This document shows positions 59,830 through 64,000 of a stretch of 64,000 bases of DNA, in pieces. The stretch covers positions 120,094,001-120,158,000 of the forward strand of contig NC_042998.1 of NCBI RefSeq assembly GCF_006345805.1, in the 5' to 3' direction. Origin of the DNA: Octopus sinensis. Taxonomy: Eukaryota. Position numbers and translations under genes: made by a program. Within the stretch, counting starts at the first letter, position 1; every line of letters begins with the position of its first letter. The notes beneath the pieces are model-generated. The model made no database searches. It was given only the letters and a program-made list of their open reading frames with translations, and was not told where the DNA came from.

Positions 59830-60120
59830 TCTGCACCCTTGGGGGCCTTTACATTTTTGTGACAGCGTCTCATGATTTCTCTTATACCCAGTTTTTCTCA
59901 CAGTTCATTTGTGCCCCGTGGGTTTTACATACACATTAACATTGCATATCTAGTGGAGCATGTTTGCTTCATTTTTTCTAGTCTTCACACATCCTCTACA
60001 TTTACTGTCTGTGTTTTGTTACCATGCAACATCACAAAAACATCATGATATTTGCTCTTCTCTTGGAGAAAGAATCCCATTGTAATCTGTAGAGTCAATA
60101 GTTCCCTGAACTTTTGCTAC
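59830..60120 (-). mobile_element. Old RTE 3' ORF fossil
   Basis: Reverse complement colinear with 53420-53700 (EKNEANMLH..CN..EKLGIR). Confidence 0.6.
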
Positions 60121-62084
60121 CATTTTCTTACTCTGGTAACTATACTTTTAGAACACCTACTTTCATTGTTAATTATGTCTCCTATGTAATGAAAACTACC
60201 AACCATTTCTAGTTAGCTTTCTAAGCATTTGAAGTAATTTATTACATGTGTGTCTGTGAGAGAGAATGTGCAGGTGATTGTGTTAATAGGCTAACCATCT
60301 GGACAGTCAGTGTTTTGATGCTTGTCAATGTGGACTCTAATTTGATATTCAGTAGGTACTGTCCAGTGAGTACTGCTGTAACCAGTGGTTTAATTATAAC
60401 ATTTGCATGTGCCAAATATTAGTGATGCTACAATGATCCATTCATTTTTATAGTCTTCAGTGTTACTACTATGATGTTTACATTATTAGACAGACACCAG
60501 TGGCATTATTATGACCTATACACTGTATGATAGTCTCCTGTTGTATTACTATGGCCCCATAGTCTTCAATGGTTCTACTTAGAACTATATACTAAATCTA
60601 CACTACATGGAGAGAGACAGCTGTGATACTGCAATGACCATCCAGCCTAAGATCAAACTACTCTTTCTCTCTATTCCAAGTCTTCTTTGGTTTACTCTTC
60701 TCCACTGTCTTACAGCATGTAACATAGATATATGTGTACAAACCTATATGGTAAACAACTTGTAACACTCTGGCTGATAGTTATGGTACTTGGGCACTTT
60801 CCCAACTCAAACATCCTTAACCAATTCACACTAGATATATTAACTTACAGTTTTTGGTGATTTCTGACTTCATTCTGCTATCAAAAATTGTCTTTCAAAA
60901 CTGATTTTCCTGAAGCAACGTGACTTATGTTAATCCTAATTTAACTTATTTACTAGTTCTTGTTAAATATTCAAAAAGATGATTTGTTTCCTAGAAACTC
61001 TTTGTTTATCCACGACCATATTTTTTTGCATAAATACGATGCCATCTTACCCCCTTTTTTTTTATTTAAAAATAAAATCATTTAATTTGGTAAAGAGAGG
61101 CAGAACCCAAATCTTTTGCAGGCATTCTCAGATTGAGAGAGTTAGGACAGTTAATGTTTGACTTAAACCTTTCTAAGGAAGACATGAAGCTACAAGGCAA
61201 TTCTGGGTATATGAGATTGAAAAAAATTGTTTAGTAGAAAGTTTTGGTGTTGTTTTAGTTGGAGTGAAAAAATGAGGAAAGATAGGTGTGTTAGTAGAGG
61301 TGATGCATAGTTAACTAGTTCAGAAGAGCAGAAACTGTTTAGTCATAGCAGAAAAGACAGGGAGAAAATGCATCAAGTTGGTTGACTAGTTGTTTTGCGT
61401 GTTTGCAAGTGAAAATTTGTCATTCAGCTGGATGGCCTTATTTTGGATGCAGTCCAAAATGTTTGTATGTGGCAGCTACTTCACTCCAATTATATGAACA
61501 GTAATGTGGTTTGTAGTGGTGCTTTGTCACTTACTGTTCAAAGACAAAGTATTTTCTATCTCTGAAGAGGAAGCCTAGATTTTGAGATGCAGTTATTGCT
61601 ATGTTATTGATATGTGGTTACAATGAAAGGTCACCAGAGATTATGAAAAACCTAGCTAGTGAAGTTTTAAAGATGTGAGATCTTCATAAATAAGACTTGA
61701 CTATTTCCTGCAATAAATATCAAGTAATTTGCTTCTAGAACACTGTGGTACGAACTTATTATCCTCAATCACTTTTATAGTTAGAATATGTCATCATCTC
61801 ATTAAATATGACCCTGTCTTTCATGTAAGATCAGAATAGCTCTTATTTAGCCACTTTCGCACACTACAAGTTACCATTGATGTGAATTCACATGTAATAC
61901 ATAGCTGGTATGAAGCTGTCTCATTAAGAAATATGCCATCATTGCACTTATGTTCTACTACTGTTTATCATTTTGATGGTATTTGAATTAAACCATTGCC
62001 TTGAATAAACTAAATTATCATATATTTTGTAAAATATAGTTACATGTTTACCTGAATTTCTATATTTTGCAACCTCTGTATTAA

Positions 62085-62314
62085 CCCTTTAGCATTTAAA
62101 CTGGCCAAACCAGGTCCAAATATTTTATCTGTTTTATGTTCAAACCAGTCAGATCTAGTATCTCACACATATCCTACAATGTCATTCTAAAAATAAACAA
62201 TAATCATCATTGAAATCTCACAATTGTGAGATAATGCATGATTTATTCAAAACAATGTGAGTAAATAAAAATTACTTTTGATAAACTACTAATCCTAATC
62301 TGAATGCTAAAGGG
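62085..62314. mobile_element. piggyBac-type MITE, 230 bp
   Basis: TTAA TSDs (62081-62084, 62315-62318) and perfect 12-bp TIRs CCCTTTAGCATT / AATGCTAAAGGG. Confidence 0.9.
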
Positions 62315-64000
62315 TTAAAAGAAATACTTTAGTTATTGAATATTGAAAATGTTTAAGAAATAGAATGTGAATGAGTTTTTATTATTGCTAGCATTTTGAA
62401 TAATGTATTTATTGCACCTTTCCTTGCATAGTAGTTTTTATGATATCATTGTAGCTTTTATGATGTATATTTTGCTAGCAGTTATTAAAAAAAACAAAAA
62501 AACTAAAACAAGAATGGAACAACTAAATACTATTACTTGTTGGATATGCTAGAAATTTATGTTGCATGGTAAACTAGGACATTACAGCTTGATATATTAA
62601 AGTACTTTTATGGTGAACTCTGCTAGAGTTGTTTGGTATAGTTGATGGCTACTGTCTGGAACATAGTCAATATATTTTGTTTGTCCTTTCATAATGAGAA
62701 TTTTCAATATTGTAACTTCTTTCTTACACAAAACACTAAGATTTTTAAATGCTAGTCTTTCTTTTTTTTGGCTGCTGATTTTTGTCAAAGACATTTCATA
62801 TTCCATCGCTGTTGCAAACAAACTTTTTCTTAAAATCTTTTTATCAGACCTATTTTTTTGATTGGCTGTCTGCCAAATAATGTTATGTTAATTAACTTGG
62901 TCTATGTCAGAGTTAGAGCTAATTAGAAATTAATATCCTCAAAGTTATTTCAATACATGTTTATTATCATCATATGCTTTTTCATGTTGGCATGGCTAAG
63001 TTAAATTAAATTTTCAGAATCATCTTTCTAACTTGTCCTATTTTTAAAAATATGAACTTCATTCTTCTCATCAGGTCAATCCTACCTAATAAACCCATTT
63101 AAAGTTTTCATTCAACTATGATTATTAACTGTCAGAAGCCTGTGGCATATTTTTCATTTCATTTCCATTTTTTGTAGATCTCAATACCAGTCTGTTTTTT
63201 CACTAGAAAAAAAACCACTTAAAAATTCCTTGTTTTGTAAACTCAATCTGTAGAAAAGTATGTTTGCAAAGATATAGTCTTACTGTGAGGTGATATTTGG
63301 AGATTACTCCAACTTCTCAAATGTGAAAGAGGTGTTGAACTGTTATATATTAGTTCACAATTTTTTTTAAACCAAGAAATTAATGGTGTCCATTTTGCAT
63401 GAAAACTAAATGCTACTTACTTTTTTTTAATGATCTAAAATTACACAATTTATCTATAAAGTCACATATGAAACTAGATGGAGAGTTTAAAATGTTTTTT
63501 TACTCTATGAAATTTAAAATGCTGTTTCAATTTATTATGGTTATTATTTTAAGTTAATTTTTTTTTTAAAGATAGTAATAAGCCATCAGTGCTCAGTTAC
63601 CGTATCAAAGTAACATGAAGCAAAAGTTTATTTGAGGGAGAATTGACTGCTACATTATGTCTAGCTACCATACCAAAGTCTTTTCCGTTGGTTCATGCAT
63701 ATAACATACATAAGACATAAAGTTGAGATTTAAGGCAGATTTGGTGGTTGTTTGCAACATGACTACATCCATGTCTTGCTCATAAACATATAAATGTATG
63801 TACACACACACGGCAATAGTATGTTTCAGGGAAATTTGGGTGGCCCTAAGTAAGTTCACTAAAATCAACCCACAGTTAAATTGCTAAAAGAGACTTCTGT
63901 TAACAGACGTCATTTTTAATGCCTTCAGGACCTAAATATTGTTATTTTTTATATAGTTTCATATTTAAGAGGTTTGCTGTTTAGAAACAGGCTTTCCAAT

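Overview
AT-rich, microsatellite-laden eukaryotic DNA. The repeat families (tRNA-derived SINEs, RTE LINEs with (GAT)n tails, maT/mariner/Tigger fossils) point to an Octopus genome; this is an inference from family recognition, not a database result. Most of the window is intronic or intergenic and filled with transposable elements. The largest intact feature is a young, near full-length RTE LINE (~50.3-54.5 kb) directly downstream of a 5'-truncated Tx1/L1-type LINE (48.5-50.3 kb). No host protein could be identified. Two CpG-retaining domains (~15.4-21.3 kb and ~42.7-47.1 kb) look like promoter regions and carry short candidate first exons on both strands. Almost all ORFs in the supplied track are microsatellite read-throughs or TE fragments. 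Best leads: (1) the young RTE has a C4HC3 PHD finger inside its reverse transcriptase, a candidate in-frame spliceosomal intron in its leader and a tandem hairpin array in its 3'UTR; (2) two minimal type I hammerhead-like motifs with a variant core lie 0.93 kb apart on the minus strand; (3) up to four RTE fossils show the inverted-5' geometry of twin priming; (4) a mariner is built from two 5' ends, and a Tigger4/Zombi-like fossil, a HERO-type remnant and a clean non-autonomous Helitron are also present. There is no CRISPR array, rRNA or intact tRNA gene. A 100-N assembly gap sits at 23622-23721. All alignments and counts were done by eye, and boundaries of old elements are approximate.
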